This document shows positions 49,914-60,647 of a DNA stretch of 64,000 nucleotides, one piece after another. Each line of letters starts with the position of its first letter. The stretch's first letter is position 1. Location of the stretch: positions 5,728,001 through 5,792,000 of the forward strand of contig OY759599.1 of assembly GCA_963662465.1 (NCBI GenBank), written 5' to 3'. The DNA comes from Desulfatiglandales bacterium (GTDB taxonomy: Bacteria > Desulfobacterota > DSM-4660 > Desulfatiglandales > Desulfatiglandaceae). The translations under genes and the position numbers were made by a program. Under the pieces are notes generated by a model. That model saw only the letters and a program-made list of their open reading frames with translations, was not told the DNA's origin and searched no databases.

Positions 49914-50855
49914 TTGGGCAATAAAACACGGATTGCCGTTCTTTCCGGAGGGTGGTCCAAAGAAAGAAGCATTTCCCTTAAAAGTGGAAAAGCGGTTCTG
50001 ATGGCCCTTGACCCGGAAAAATACGATATTGCGTCCTATGATCCACAGGAGGATCTGGAGGCGTTGTGGAAAAATAGGAATGAAGTGGATTTGGCTTTTG
50101 TCCTGTTACACGGAAAATATGGGGAGGATGGGCGGATTCAGGGGCTCTTGGATCTTTTCCAAATACCCTTTGTGGGTTCCGGCGTTTTGGCCGGCGCCAT
50201 GGCTATGAACAAAAGGGTGACAAAGGATGTTTACAGAAGTGTGGGCCTGCCTGTCCCAAAGGATGTGGTCTTAAGAAAAACCGAAAGCTTTTCATTGGAG
50301 AACATAAAAGAGCGTTTGGGGTTGCCCATTGTCATAAAACCGGTTTGCGAGGGGTCCAGCTTGGGCATTTCCATCATGGAGGGGGATGCTGATATTCTGG
50401 CGGGAATTGAAAAGGCATTCACATTTGATGCCGAGGTCCTGTTGGAGGAGTACGTGGCGGGACGGGAAATTACGTGTGCCGTACTGGGCCGACAACATCT
50501 TGAAACCCTGCCGCTGGTGGAAATTGTGCCCAGGAGCGGCCATCGGTTTTTCGATTTTGACGCAAAATATAAGGTGGGGGAGACCACGGAAATTTGCCCC
50601 GCGCAAATTGATTCGCATCTTCGAAATGAAGCCTTTGAACTGGCAAAAAATGCGCATCAGGCCCTTCATTGCCGGGATTGGAGCAGAACGGATATGATTG
50701 TGCGGGATGATAAAATTTTTCTACTGGAAACCAACACCATTCCCGGCATGACCGAGACCAGTTTGGTTCCCCTGGCTGCACGGGGAAAGGGATGGAAATT
50801 GGGGCGGTTGCTGGATCATATGATCGAAAAATGTTTGGCGGAACCGGATTTTTGA
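49914..50855 (+). CDS. ddl: D-alanine-D-alanine ligase
   Basis: GGWSKERSISLKSG, LHGKYGEDG, GSSLG, LETNTIPGMT. Confidence 0.95.
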   Translation: MGNKTRIAVLSGGWSKERSISLKSGKAVLMALDPEKYDIASYDPQEDLEALWKNRNEVDLAFVLLHGKYGEDGRIQGLLDLFQIPFVGSGVLAGAMAMNKRVTKDVYRSVGLPVPKDVVLRKTESFSLENIKERLGLPIVIKPVCEGSSLGISIMEGDADILAGIEKAFTFDAEVLLEEYVAGREITCAVLGRQHLETLPLVEIVPRSGHRFFDFDAKYKVGETTEICPAQIDSHLRNEAFELAKNAHQALHCRDWSRTDMIVRDDKIFLLETNTIPGMTETSLVPLAARGKGWKLGRLLDHMIEKCLAEPDF

Positions 50856-50955
50856 AGAAATTACCATGAATTTATCGTACAATCACCGGGCGATAATTTT
50901 TGTGCGCCATTGTATGATGGGGCTCTGTGCATAGGGCAAAGGGAGGCAGACCAGT

Positions 50956-53016
50956 ATGGAAAGCAGAGAAATTTATTCCTTACCGTATCATTTGAAGGCT
51001 GTCAAAGAGGGTAAAAGATGTTTTGAAAATGCGTTTCAATCCGTTTCAAGAATGATCCTTGAAGGCGACATTGAAAAAGTGACGGTAACCGGTAAAACCA
51101 CTTATGATTTCAGTATTTTTCGTTCCGGAAAAAAGCATATTGTGGGTCTTTATGATGAATTAAACAGTTTTGTATCCTATGTAAAAGACGCTGCTGAAGG
51201 GGGTTCGTCCAAGGAAATGGCCTTTGTCCTCGTGGGAGAGCCGGGGAATGGAAAAACATTTCTGGTGGATTTTCTTTGTGCCAAGTACCGGGAATTTTTG
51301 GCAATCGAAAAAAACCGAAAATTTACCTTTCAGTTTGTGAATATGGACCAACTGGGGGATTTTGGGAATATCAAGGTTATTGAGTCGCAAACCTATGAAG
51401 ATCCGATGATCTTGGCAATGAATCTTTTTGAAGATCCTGACCAGAACAGGGCTTTTCTCGGAAAAGAGGCGGGTTTTTCCGACGGTGAAATCGAAAAAGC
51501 CTATGAAAATTTTCGTCCGCTGGGCGCCTGCAGTGCCTATATATGGGATAAAATTCGTAGTCAGGTAGACGGCAAAATTGAAAAAATGCTCGATTTTATA
51601 AAAATTGTTCCGGTTCCGTTGACGGAAAGTCTTGGCACGGTTACCGGAAAATATCCGGCAAAAGATAAAATCACCTCATCGGCTGTTGATCTGTTGGGGG
51701 AAGAATCCATTCAGCGTCTGTTACACATTACCGACACCAATAATCCTTATCGTTTCGATCTGAGACGAGGCGCACTGGCGCGTGTGGCGGGCGGGGGCAT
51801 TCATTTCAGCGATGAAATTTTCAAGAACAAAAGAGATTTGGTTCAGGTGTACCTGGGGGTGATTCAGAATCGGAGCATCGAAATTGACGGTTTCAAATGG
51901 CCTATCGACACCTTGATTGTCGCCACCAGCAATAACTCGGAATTTTATAAGTTTCTTTCGGAGAAGGAGGAGGCGCCCATTGTTGATCGATGTCGTATTT
52001 GTTATGTTTCCCATAACACCAACTATCGGCTGCAAAGTGATCTGACAGCCTATGCCATCGGGAGCGAAAGCCGGACGACCCTCATGCGGGAGATCCTGCA
52101 TCAGGACCCCAATTTGAATTATGCCGCATCCGTCGCCATTGTTCTGTCTCGATTGCCCAGAAGCGAAAAACTGACGCCCATTGAAACCATGAAACTGGCA
52201 GCCGGTGAAGTTGCCGGGGAAAAGAGCATCAAAACCCTTTCCGAAGTGATTGATACCCTCAATCAGGATCCGAATATTACCAATCGGTTCGGTCAAAAGG
52301 GATTGGGGCAGAGAAACCTGGGGCGGGCCATACAGCTCCTTGTGGAAAGTTCGGAGACCAATGAAGGGCAATGCATGTTCGCCCATGATATTTTCAAGGT
52401 CATCGAACGGGTTATCCTGGATTATGTGAATGACAGTAATGACAGAAGCAAATATCTGGAAGACCTGAAAACCGCAAAAGGGCTGTACCGTGAACGGATC
52501 ATGACGGAAATGTTTAATGCCTATATGGATGAACCGTTCGCTATTCGCAAGGACGTCATGAATTACGTGAACATGATCATCGGGATAGATGCTGAAAATC
52601 TGGGTCAGGACATGATGTGGAAATACAAAGACCCCCAGACCGGCGAACTCAAGGCGTTGAAGGTTGATGAACGGTTTATCAACAGCGTTGAAGAACGATT
52701 GGGACTCAAGACCGAAGAGCAACGGGATTCTTTTAGAACCTCCATTCGAAAGATTTATGGTCAGAAAATTTCAGTGAATCCTGAATACGATTTTATGGAT
52801 AATCTGGAACTGGTAAAGGCGGTGACCGATGTTCGTTTAAAATCGGATATTTCCGGGGCCGGCAGCCTCATCGGGGCCTTGGCCAATCGGACCAACGAAG
52901 AAAATCAAAAGCTCTATGACCGAATGGTGGATACCATGCTCAACAAGCTCAAGTACTGTAAAACATGCGCTCAGAAAACCCTCGAGTATTTCTGTACCCA
53001 GGAGGATGATAAATAG
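50956..53016 (+). CDS. prkA: PrkA/YeaG family AAA+ protein
   Basis: Walker A GEPGNGKT, Walker B IHFSDEIFK, IVDR; adjacent to yeaH and spoVR. Confidence 0.88.
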   Translation: MESREIYSLPYHLKAVKEGKRCFENAFQSVSRMILEGDIEKVTVTGKTTYDFSIFRSGKKHIVGLYDELNSFVSYVKDAAEGGSSKEMAFVLVGEPGNGKTFLVDFLCAKYREFLAIEKNRKFTFQFVNMDQLGDFGNIKVIESQTYEDPMILAMNLFEDPDQNRAFLGKEAGFSDGEIEKAYENFRPLGACSAYIWDKIRSQVDGKIEKMLDFIKIVPVPLTESLGTVTGKYPAKDKITSSAVDLLGEESIQRLLHITDTNNPYRFDLRRGALARVAGGGIHFSDEIFKNKRDLVQVYLGVIQNRSIEIDGFKWPIDTLIVATSNNSEFYKFLSEKEEAPIVDRCRICYVSHNTNYRLQSDLTAYAIGSESRTTLMREILHQDPNLNYAASVAIVLSRLPRSEKLTPIETMKLAAGEVAGEKSIKTLSEVIDTLNQDPNITNRFGQKGLGQRNLGRAIQLLVESSETNEGQCMFAHDIFKVIERVILDYVNDSNDRSKYLEDLKTAKGLYRERIMTEMFNAYMDEPFAIRKDVMNYVNMIIGIDAENLGQDMMWKYKDPQTGELKALKVDERFINSVEERLGLKTEEQRDSFRTSIRKIYGQKISVNPEYDFMDNLELVKAVTDVRLKSDISGAGSLIGALANRTNEENQKLYDRMVDTMLNKLKYCKTCAQKTLEYFCTQEDDK

Positions 53017-53063
53017 CGAACCTTGTAGGCACAAGACGAGTAACATTACCTGTTGCGGAGCAA

Positions 53064-54446
53064 GTGATGAACAAAGAAATGCCTGAACATGGGAACGAAA
53101 CAAAAGGGGTGAAAATATCCCCGGAAACTGAGGAGCGGGGGATCTGTGAGCAGTATGGACTCTTTTCCCACGAATCCGTCGATGATGGATTGGACTCTCG
53201 TATGGGACCCTGGCATTGTTTTCCGGAAGGACAACCTTTGTACGGGCACAATGATCTGTTTTTGTTAAACGCGTTGACAGCCTTGCACCCGAGTTATAAC
53301 GCGGGCCTTCATTCCATTGATGATCTTTTGGAACGGGATAAGCAAAGAGAAAAGGATGGGTTTCCCCGAAAAATCCGGGTGGGTCGAATGATTAAGCCGG
53401 GAAAGGGGGGGAAAGACAAGATCGTTGTGGTACCCACCACCGTCGAAGAAAAATTTATTCACGACAGATCCTTGCGTCCATCCGAGGAAGAACCCTCAGG
53501 CGGATCGGGCGAAGGCGAAGAAGGCGAGGTCGTCGGTGAAGAACCCATCCGCGGCGAGTCCGGGCAGGGAGGCGCCGGAGAGGGGAGCGAAGGCCCCCAC
53601 GAAATGGAATCCAGCGCCTATGACCTGGGAAGGCTTTTGACGGAACAATTCCAATTGCCTAACTTGAAAGACAAAGGGAAAAAAAGGGCACTTGCCCGTT
53701 ATACCTATGAAATGAGCGATAAAAACCGAGGGTTTGGCCAGTTTCTGGACAAAAAGGCAACGCTCAAAAAAATTGTGGAAACCAATATTGCCCTCGGAAA
53801 TCTCTCTGACAGGGAACATATTGATCCCACCGGATTTATCATCTCTCCTCATGACCGGATTTATCGCATTCTTTCCCGGGAAATTGATTACGAATCCCAG
53901 GCCCTTGTATTTTTTCTAAGGGATTATTCCGGTTCAATGATGGGAAAACCGACCGAACTGGTGGTATCCCAGCATGTTCTAATCTACAGTTGGCTGCTGT
54001 TCCAGTATGCCAGGCAGGTGGAAAGCCGATTTATCCTTCATGACACAGAGGCTAAGGAAGTACCTGATTTTTATACCTATTATAACTCAAAAGTGGCTGG
54101 GGGAACCCGGGTGGCATCTGCTTTTCGGTTGGTCAATGAAATTGTTCAAAAGGAACGGCTTTCGGATGATTACAATATTTACGTGTTTCACGGCACCGAT
54201 GGGGATGACTGGGATACCAATGGAAAGGAGGCTGTTCCGGAACTCAAGAAGATGATGGGGTATTGCAATCGCATGGGAATTACCATTATTGAGCGCAGCG
54301 GGGTCAGGAATAAGACGGAAGTTGAGAGTTATATCCGAAATTCAAAGCTTTTGACGGAGAAACCCGATTTACTGCGGTTGGACGTGATGGATGAAACCGC
54401 GGATGAACCGCGGTTGATTGAAGGCATTAAAACCCTCATTAGCTGA
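53064..54446 (+). CDS. yeaH: YeaH/YhbH (DUF444) VWA-domain protein
   Basis: Gly/Glu-rich linker, LPNLKDKG, MIDAS RDYSGSM, GGT, TDGDDW; true start may lie downstream of 53064. Confidence 0.88.
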   Translation: MMNKEMPEHGNETKGVKISPETEERGICEQYGLFSHESVDDGLDSRMGPWHCFPEGQPLYGHNDLFLLNALTALHPSYNAGLHSIDDLLERDKQREKDGFPRKIRVGRMIKPGKGGKDKIVVVPTTVEEKFIHDRSLRPSEEEPSGGSGEGEEGEVVGEEPIRGESGQGGAGEGSEGPHEMESSAYDLGRLLTEQFQLPNLKDKGKKRALARYTYEMSDKNRGFGQFLDKKATLKKIVETNIALGNLSDREHIDPTGFIISPHDRIYRILSREIDYESQALVFFLRDYSGSMMGKPTELVVSQHVLIYSWLLFQYARQVESRFILHDTEAKEVPDFYTYYNSKVAGGTRVASAFRLVNEIVQKERLSDDYNIYVFHGTDGDDWDTNGKEAVPELKKMMGYCNRMGITIIERSGVRNKTEVESYIRNSKLLTEKPDLLRLDVMDETADEPRLIEGIKTLIS

Positions 54447-54470
54447 GGAAGGCAAACGAGGCGCAAAAAA

Positions 54471-56126
54471 ATGGAACTGATCAACCAGCACACCAAAACC
54501 ATCATGGAAGGGTGTAAAGAACGTGCGCGCACCGCGGGATTGAAATTTCAGGATGAAACCCTGGAATATATCGTGACGAACCGCGACCTTCTGGAACTCT
54601 CTCCAAAGGTGATGATTCCAACGCTTTATGATTACTGGGTCCACGATGTGGAGGTGTTAAAAGAAAAAGGGCGATATGAATTATACCCGAATAATCCCTA
54701 TGAGACGGTGATTAATACACGCCCCGCCATTTCATTTTATAATGACAACAATCCGGACTGGTTGAATGTCATGATTTTTTACCATGTGCTGGCGCATATT
54801 GATTTTTTTCAGAACAATTTCTTTTTTCAAAATACCTGGGACTATGATTTTACCGGGCGTGCCCTTTCGGATAAACGCGGTATTGCCAAATTAAGATCCG
54901 AAAAGGGGCGTTGGGTGGATTACATTATCGAATTTTCACGGGGCATTGATAATCTCGTGGGGTACTTCGATGCGTTGTGCTGTATTGATGGGTCTTCCGG
55001 GACTCATCAAATCAGCCGATTTGATTATTATTTCGATGTGTTTTTACAGTCTGAAAAAAAGGTGAACGTCAGTGACTATATCAAAGAAGTGAAGCGATAC
55101 AATGACAATACAGAAGAATATGGGCGGGGCGGGGAGGCTCATTTTTTCGCGGATGTGAAGCGAGACCACCCGGAATTTGAAGCCCTGTATAAAAAACACC
55201 GGGAAGAAAAGCCTGAGGGAAAAAAAGATTTGCTTCAATTCCTGATGGTCCATTCGGCGTTTCTGAAGAAAAATGAAAATCAATGGATGAAATCCATCAT
55301 GGAGGTGGTTCGAAATACATCCCTTTTTTTTCAGCCGCAAATTCGAACCAAGATCATGAATGAAGGTTGGGCCAGCTACTGGCATGAGACCCTTTTTTTA
55401 AAAGATGATCGGATTGGGGGTCATGAGGTTGATTTTGCCAGGGTTAATGCAAAGGTGACCGCCATGCCTCGGGTGGGCTTGAATCCTTACGCCATGGGCA
55501 TGCGGCTTTTCCATTATATCGAAGAAAAGGGGGATAAAGGTAAATTTTCCATTGAATTTGAGAGAATTTTGAACGCTGAAAAGCGGAAGGAATATGATGG
55601 AAAAGTCGGGTTGGGGCGTGGTCTGATTTTCAAGATTCGTAAAGATTTATGCGATTTTACCTTTATTAATTCTTTCCTGGATGAAGATTTTGTCACCCAG
55701 AACAAATTGTTTGTTACCGGCAGGCGATTGAACAGGGGTAAAGGGGTTTGGGAATATTATGTGAAAAGCCGGAAACCGGAAGATTATCGTCAAATGGTTC
55801 TGGAATCCCTTTACCACCCGCCGCAGATTCAGGTGGATTTGAAGAAAACCGTGGATGGGAATCTTTATCTGAATCATAAATTTGAGGGGAAACCCCTGGT
55901 TAAGGATTTCATTGCCAATACCATGATGGGCATCGAGTACCTCTGGGGGGGGCCGGTTCATCTGGAAACCAGTGAGGTGATCGCAATCCCCCGGGAAATA
56001 TCTATGCTTCCGGTTCCCCTGCTTAAAAAACCACCCATGGAAGAAGGCCCTGAAAAAGAGACGGAGTGGAAACGGGTACGGTACACCATGAAAGATCGAA
56101 AACTGGCAAAGGAAATTATTTCGTAA
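54471..56126 (+). CDS. spoVR: SpoVR/YcgB family protein
   Basis: YETVINTRP, HVLAHIDFFQNN, PQIRTKIMNEGWASYWH, LNPY. Confidence 0.92.
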   Translation: MELINQHTKTIMEGCKERARTAGLKFQDETLEYIVTNRDLLELSPKVMIPTLYDYWVHDVEVLKEKGRYELYPNNPYETVINTRPAISFYNDNNPDWLNVMIFYHVLAHIDFFQNNFFFQNTWDYDFTGRALSDKRGIAKLRSEKGRWVDYIIEFSRGIDNLVGYFDALCCIDGSSGTHQISRFDYYFDVFLQSEKKVNVSDYIKEVKRYNDNTEEYGRGGEAHFFADVKRDHPEFEALYKKHREEKPEGKKDLLQFLMVHSAFLKKNENQWMKSIMEVVRNTSLFFQPQIRTKIMNEGWASYWHETLFLKDDRIGGHEVDFARVNAKVTAMPRVGLNPYAMGMRLFHYIEEKGDKGKFSIEFERILNAEKRKEYDGKVGLGRGLIFKIRKDLCDFTFINSFLDEDFVTQNKLFVTGRRLNRGKGVWEYYVKSRKPEDYRQMVLESLYHPPQIQVDLKKTVDGNLYLNHKFEGKPLVKDFIANTMMGIEYLWGGPVHLETSEVIAIPREISMLPVPLLKKPPMEEGPEKETEWKRVRYTMKDRKLAKEIIS

Positions 56127-56129
56127 CAT

Positions 56130-58496
56130 TTGATGGGAATTGCCATGAAAAAGTCGACCGGCGCAATGGATATACTGGATGGGTGCATCAAAAGAAAGAA
56201 CGAGCAGACGCCTATTCTTTTTGAGGAATTTTTAGCCCTTATGCTGGAAAGCCCCGGGGTTGTTCTTCGGAATATATTTCAGGTGTTTCATGATATGGTG
56301 AAAGCCTACGTTGTTGAAGGAAAGGATGAATATGGCGAAGATCCGGAATCCATCCGTTTCTTGAACATCGATTGCAGCGGACTTTTTGTGGAAGGCGCCG
56401 ATTCGCCTTTTTTTGCGGATAGACTCTTTGCCAACCGGCTGATCAAACTGGTGGAGGCCTTGAGACGCGGCACCCAACAGAATAAGATCTATATCTTTGA
56501 TGGGCCGCCCGGGTGCGGCAAGAGTACCTTTTTAAATAATCTTCTACAAAAATTTCAGGAATACGCCAATGGAAAAGCAGGGATGCGGTTTGAGACGGTT
56601 TGGCGCCTGGACAGAAAGATATTGGGTGAATTTTCCACCGAGATCCGGAATCCTTTGTTGAAAAAACTGGAACATCTGTTGAATGTTTCTCCTGGAGAGG
56701 AGGGCCTCATAACGACAGAAGAGGGGGAATGCGGTTCAAGAGAAGACAACGAAATTTTGGAAGAGGACCTGGGTGTAAAAAGGTCTATGAAGCGTTATCT
56801 TGAAATCCCATGCCCTTGCCACGACCACCCCATTTTAATGATTCCAAAGGAATCCCGGTCAATTTTTCTGGAGCAATTGTTTAAAGAAAGCCCTTTTTTA
56901 GAGAAACTGTTTCGAGAGAAAGAATACCAGTGGATATTTACGGACAGTGCCTGCACGATTTGCGGTTCCCTGTTTGAAATACTTCTGGAGCGGTTGAAAA
57001 ACCCACTGGATGTCTTCAGAATGATTTACGCCAGGCCCTACCGGGTTAATCGTCGGTTGGGGGAAGGCGTCAGTGTTTTTACGCCCGGGGATGAGCCCAT
57101 GCGTAGCCGCGCTTTAAGCAACCGTAATTTACAGATGCGCATCAATGCCTTGTTTGGGGACCAGCAGCTCATGAAATATGTTTTTTCACGATATGCCAAG
57201 ACCAACAACGGGATTTATGCGTTGATGGATGTTAAAAATAATAATGTGAAAAGACTCATCAGACTGCATAACATCATCAGTGAAGGGGTGCATAAAGTTG
57301 AAGATTTAGAGGAAAATATTTATTCTCTTTTTCTCGCGGTCATGAACCCGGAAGATAAAAAAGAGGTCAAGGACATTCAATCCCTTTCAGACCGGATTGA
57401 ATATATCAATATTACCTATGTGATGGATTGGCGTACCGAGGTTGAGATTTATCGAGCGGTATTCGGCGGTGGCATTATCAAGAATTTTTTACCCAGGGTA
57501 CTCAATAATTTTGCCAGGGTGATCATTTCGGCCCGTTTAAACGTCAAATCGGATGCACTACTGGAGTGGATTGGTGATCCGGCCAGGTATAGTGCCTATT
57601 GCGACAAAAATCTGCAATTGCTGAAAATGGAGCTTTATGCGGGAAATATTCCCTCATGGCTTTCCGAGGAGGATCGCAAGGAATTTACGGCCAAAAGACG
57701 ACGAAAGGTCATATCCGAGTCGGAGATGGAAGGTCGAAACGGGTTTTCAGGGAGGGATTCCATCAAGATTTTTAATGAGTTTTATTCTACCTATGCCAAA
57801 GAGGATAAGTTGATCAATATGAATATGTTGGTCAATTATTTTAAAAAAATCAGAATTGATCTGGGATCTTCCATACCCGATGGATTTTTGGATGCGCTCG
57901 TGCACATGTATGATTATACGGTTTTGGAGGAGGTTAAGGAATCTCTGTATTATTACAATGAAGAAAAGATTTCGAATCAGATTCAGAATTATCTTTTTTC
58001 GCTGAACTTTGAAATCGGTACGGTTGAGGTGTGTAAATTTACCAATGAAAAAATCGAGATATCGGAAGAATTCTTGAAGGGGATTGAACGATACTTGTTG
58101 GACGGCAATGTTACGGATGAAAAGCGAAAATCTTTTCGAAAGGGGACCCAACGGGAATATACTTCCCGAACTTTAACTTTTGAGATGATGGTTGAAGGCA
58201 AAGGCCTACCGGAGACAACCCTTTATCACACTTTGCAGGATCGGTACGTACATAATCTGAAAGAACGGGTTTTGGACCCATTTCAGGCCAATGAGAATTT
58301 CAGGCGGGCCATCAAAGATTATGGTGAGGAAGATTTTAAGGCTTATGAGAAAAAAATCAGGGATGATGTAAGTTATCTTATTAAAAATCTGGGAGAAAAA
58401 TACGGGTATACGGAAAAGGGCGCGAAAGAAGTCTGTATTTACGTGGTGGATGGTAAACTGACTGAAAAATTTTCCGAGAAATATAGTTTCAAATAG
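56130..58496 (+). CDS. Second PrkA/YeaG family AAA+ paralogue
   Basis: Walker A GPPGCGKST, CPCHDHP, SDRI, GFSGRDS; the Walker B equivalent reads IYALMDV. Confidence 0.82.
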   Translation: MMGIAMKKSTGAMDILDGCIKRKNEQTPILFEEFLALMLESPGVVLRNIFQVFHDMVKAYVVEGKDEYGEDPESIRFLNIDCSGLFVEGADSPFFADRLFANRLIKLVEALRRGTQQNKIYIFDGPPGCGKSTFLNNLLQKFQEYANGKAGMRFETVWRLDRKILGEFSTEIRNPLLKKLEHLLNVSPGEEGLITTEEGECGSREDNEILEEDLGVKRSMKRYLEIPCPCHDHPILMIPKESRSIFLEQLFKESPFLEKLFREKEYQWIFTDSACTICGSLFEILLERLKNPLDVFRMIYARPYRVNRRLGEGVSVFTPGDEPMRSRALSNRNLQMRINALFGDQQLMKYVFSRYAKTNNGIYALMDVKNNNVKRLIRLHNIISEGVHKVEDLEENIYSLFLAVMNPEDKKEVKDIQSLSDRIEYINITYVMDWRTEVEIYRAVFGGGIIKNFLPRVLNNFARVIISARLNVKSDALLEWIGDPARYSAYCDKNLQLLKMELYAGNIPSWLSEEDRKEFTAKRRRKVISESEMEGRNGFSGRDSIKIFNEFYSTYAKEDKLINMNMLVNYFKKIRIDLGSSIPDGFLDALVHMYDYTVLEEVKESLYYYNEEKISNQIQNYLFSLNFEIGTVEVCKFTNEKIEISEEFLKGIERYLLDGNVTDEKRKSFRKGTQREYTSRTLTFEMMVEGKGLPETTLYHTLQDRYVHNLKERVLDPFQANENFRRAIKDYGEEDFKAYEKKIRDDVSYLIKNLGEKYGYTEKGAKEVCIYVVDGKLTEKFSEKYSFK

Positions 58497-58517
58497 CGGT
58501 TCACAGTTTAAAAAATG

Positions 58518-58758
58518 GTAACCGTTCACGGTTCACGGTTACCGGTTTACGGTTGAAAAACAGAGGATAACGGAAGATTATGGGGTCCTCTTGTGAAGAT
58601 TTAAAAAATTGCGGTTATCAATCCCAACATAATTCCGCATCCTTCATTAAAATTGAAAAACGATTCATCAAGAAAGTGTAAATCTGTATGAAGGAAACCC
58701 ATAATTCATTGAAAAACCGTGAACCGGCAACTGTAAACCGGTAACCGTGAACGGTTAC
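58518..58758. mobile_element. 241-bp non-autonomous element (MITE)
   Basis: Perfect 16-bp TIR GTAACCGTTCACGGTT / AACCGTGAACGGTTAC; 8-bp direct repeat AAAAAATG at 58510-58517 and 58759-58766; sub-terminal 7-nt repeats; partial copy at 5607-5712. Confidence 0.88.
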
Positions 58759-58764
58759 AAAAAA

Positions 58765-58780
58765 TGTTTCACGTGAAACA
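58765..58780. promoter_or_regulatory. parS centromere-like site
   Basis: Perfect TGTTTCACGTGAAACA consensus, intergenic, about 17 kb from dnaA. Confidence 0.9.
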
Positions 58781-58818
58781 TTGAAATTCCTTTATCAGTA
58801 TTTTTCAGGGGTGTTTTT

Positions 58819-59994
58819 GTGAAGAATTCTTTTCCCAGGATTGAGACAAAGGATTGGATGAAATCCATGGATGCCCTTCCCGTTGCCGTTTTTGCGGTAA
58901 ACAAGATGGCGTGTCCTGTTTACCTCAATCATAAAGCCCATGCTTTACTTTTAGAACCCCTTGATGCATCCAGTCCCCGGTTGTATGAACAAGATCTTCT
59001 GGATCTCTTGAATGTCAAAACTGCTGAATCAAACCGCCCTTATCCCCCGGATCGCTTTCCTATTCTTTCCGCGCTACGTGGTGAAAACGCCTCCGTCGAT
59101 GATATTGCCCTTCAACGGGGGGGCGATACGCGATACTTCCAGGTTTCGGCGGCCCCCATTTTTGACGATGATGGAAAACCTGCTTTTGCCGTTGCCACAT
59201 TTATGGATATCAGTGCCCGCAAAAAAATAGAAACCCAGCTGAAATGGCGGAATCTGGAGCTGGAATCTCTTTTTGATCAGGTATCCAGGGGAAAAGAAGA
59301 ATTACGGATACTTTCCAAACGATTGCTGACCGTACAGGAGGAAGAACGCCGCCATATCTCCAGGGAACTCCACGATGAAATCGGCCAGGCCTTGACCATA
59401 CTCAAAATAAAACTTCAAACCTTGCCCAATTCGCAAACCGACGTTCACGGAGCGCTGATTCTATCCCCCGAAAATGTGCAAGAGATGGTACGCTCCATTG
59501 ACGACACCCTTCAGCAGGTCCGCAACCTCTCCGTTGACCTCCGCCCATCGGTGCTGGATGACCTGGGATTGCCGGCGGCCCTTCGATGGTATGTGGACCG
59601 CCAGGCGCAGCTCTCCGGGATCGAAATAAAATTTCAATCCCTATCGAATATTGACCGAATCGCTTCGGAAATTGAAACCGCCTGTTTTCGCCTAGTTCAA
59701 GAGGCCATTACCAATATCATTCGCCATTCCGGGGCAACCGGGGCCAGGGTGCTGCTTGAACGGGACCAAACAGGCATCCATCTGCGGATAGTGGATGACG
59801 GCCGCGGGTTCGATGTTTCAAAAGCCTATGAAGAGGCCAGACTGGGCCGTAGTTCCGGCATTTTGGGTATGAAGGAGCGGGTGCATCTGTTGGAAGGCAA
59901 AATTGAGATTTTGGCCAATTCAGGGAAGGGCGTTCAAATTCAAGCATTTTTTCCTTTTCCATCCCCTGAAAATAACAACAGAGCCGCCAAATGA
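58819..59994 (+). CDS. PAS + HisKA_3 (NarX/UhpB-type) sensor histidine kinase, cytoplasmic
   Basis: QEEERRHISRELHDEIGQ, QEAITNIIRHS, DDGRGF, GILGMKER. Confidence 0.92.
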   Translation: MKNSFPRIETKDWMKSMDALPVAVFAVNKMACPVYLNHKAHALLLEPLDASSPRLYEQDLLDLLNVKTAESNRPYPPDRFPILSALRGENASVDDIALQRGGDTRYFQVSAAPIFDDDGKPAFAVATFMDISARKKIETQLKWRNLELESLFDQVSRGKEELRILSKRLLTVQEEERRHISRELHDEIGQALTILKIKLQTLPNSQTDVHGALILSPENVQEMVRSIDDTLQQVRNLSVDLRPSVLDDLGLPAALRWYVDRQAQLSGIEIKFQSLSNIDRIASEIETACFRLVQEAITNIIRHSGATGARVLLERDQTGIHLRIVDDGRGFDVSKAYEEARLGRSSGILGMKERVHLLEGKIEILANSGKGVQIQAFFPFPSPENNNRAAK

Positions 59995-60647
59995 GAAAAA
60001 ATTTGCGCATATTGCTGGCCGAAGACCACGCCCTGGTTCGTGCGGGTTTTCGAGTACTGCTCCAATCTCTGGACGGCATACAGGTGGTGGCGGAAGCTGA
60101 AAACGGCGCCGAAGCCCTTGAACTCATAGATCGTCACCGCCCGGACGTCGTACTCATGGATATTGCCATGCCGGGCCTCAATGGCCTGGAAGCAGCATCT
60201 CGTGCGGCTAAAATTGCCCCCGAGGTCAAAATTATTATTCTGTCCATGCATGCCAACGAAGAGTATGTCCTTCAGTCCCTTAAAGCAGGGGCGAAAGGCT
60301 ATCTTCTCAAGGATGCGGGCCTGTCGGAACTGGAATTGGCCCTGGAAGCCGTCGCTTCGGGAAAAACATTTCTGAGCCCGGCCATTTCCAAACACCTCAT
60401 CGACGCCTATGTTGGAAGAACCTCACCGTCCCATGAAATGGAACCGTTTTCCCTGCTCACCTCCAGGCAACGGGAAATTCTTCAGCTCATCGCCGAAGGA
60501 TGCACCACCAAGGAGATTGCCCGGAAACTCGATGTGGGCGTCAAAACCGTGGAAACCCACCGTACCCAACTCATGCAGCGTCTGGATATTCATGATTTAG
60601 CGGGGCTTGTCCGCTATGCCATTCGCTGTGGGTTGGCGATACCGTGA
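59991..60647 (+). CDS. NarL/FixJ-family response regulator
   Basis: LAEDHALVR, LMDIAMP, LuxR HTH LTSRQREIL...KTVETHR; overlaps the kinase stop (ATGA). Confidence 0.95.
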   Translation: MRKNLRILLAEDHALVRAGFRVLLQSLDGIQVVAEAENGAEALELIDRHRPDVVLMDIAMPGLNGLEAASRAAKIAPEVKIIILSMHANEEYVLQSLKAGAKGYLLKDAGLSELELALEAVASGKTFLSPAISKHLIDAYVGRTSPSHEMEPFSLLTSRQREILQLIAEGCTTKEIARKLDVGVKTVETHRTQLMQRLDIHDLAGLVRYAIRCGLAIP

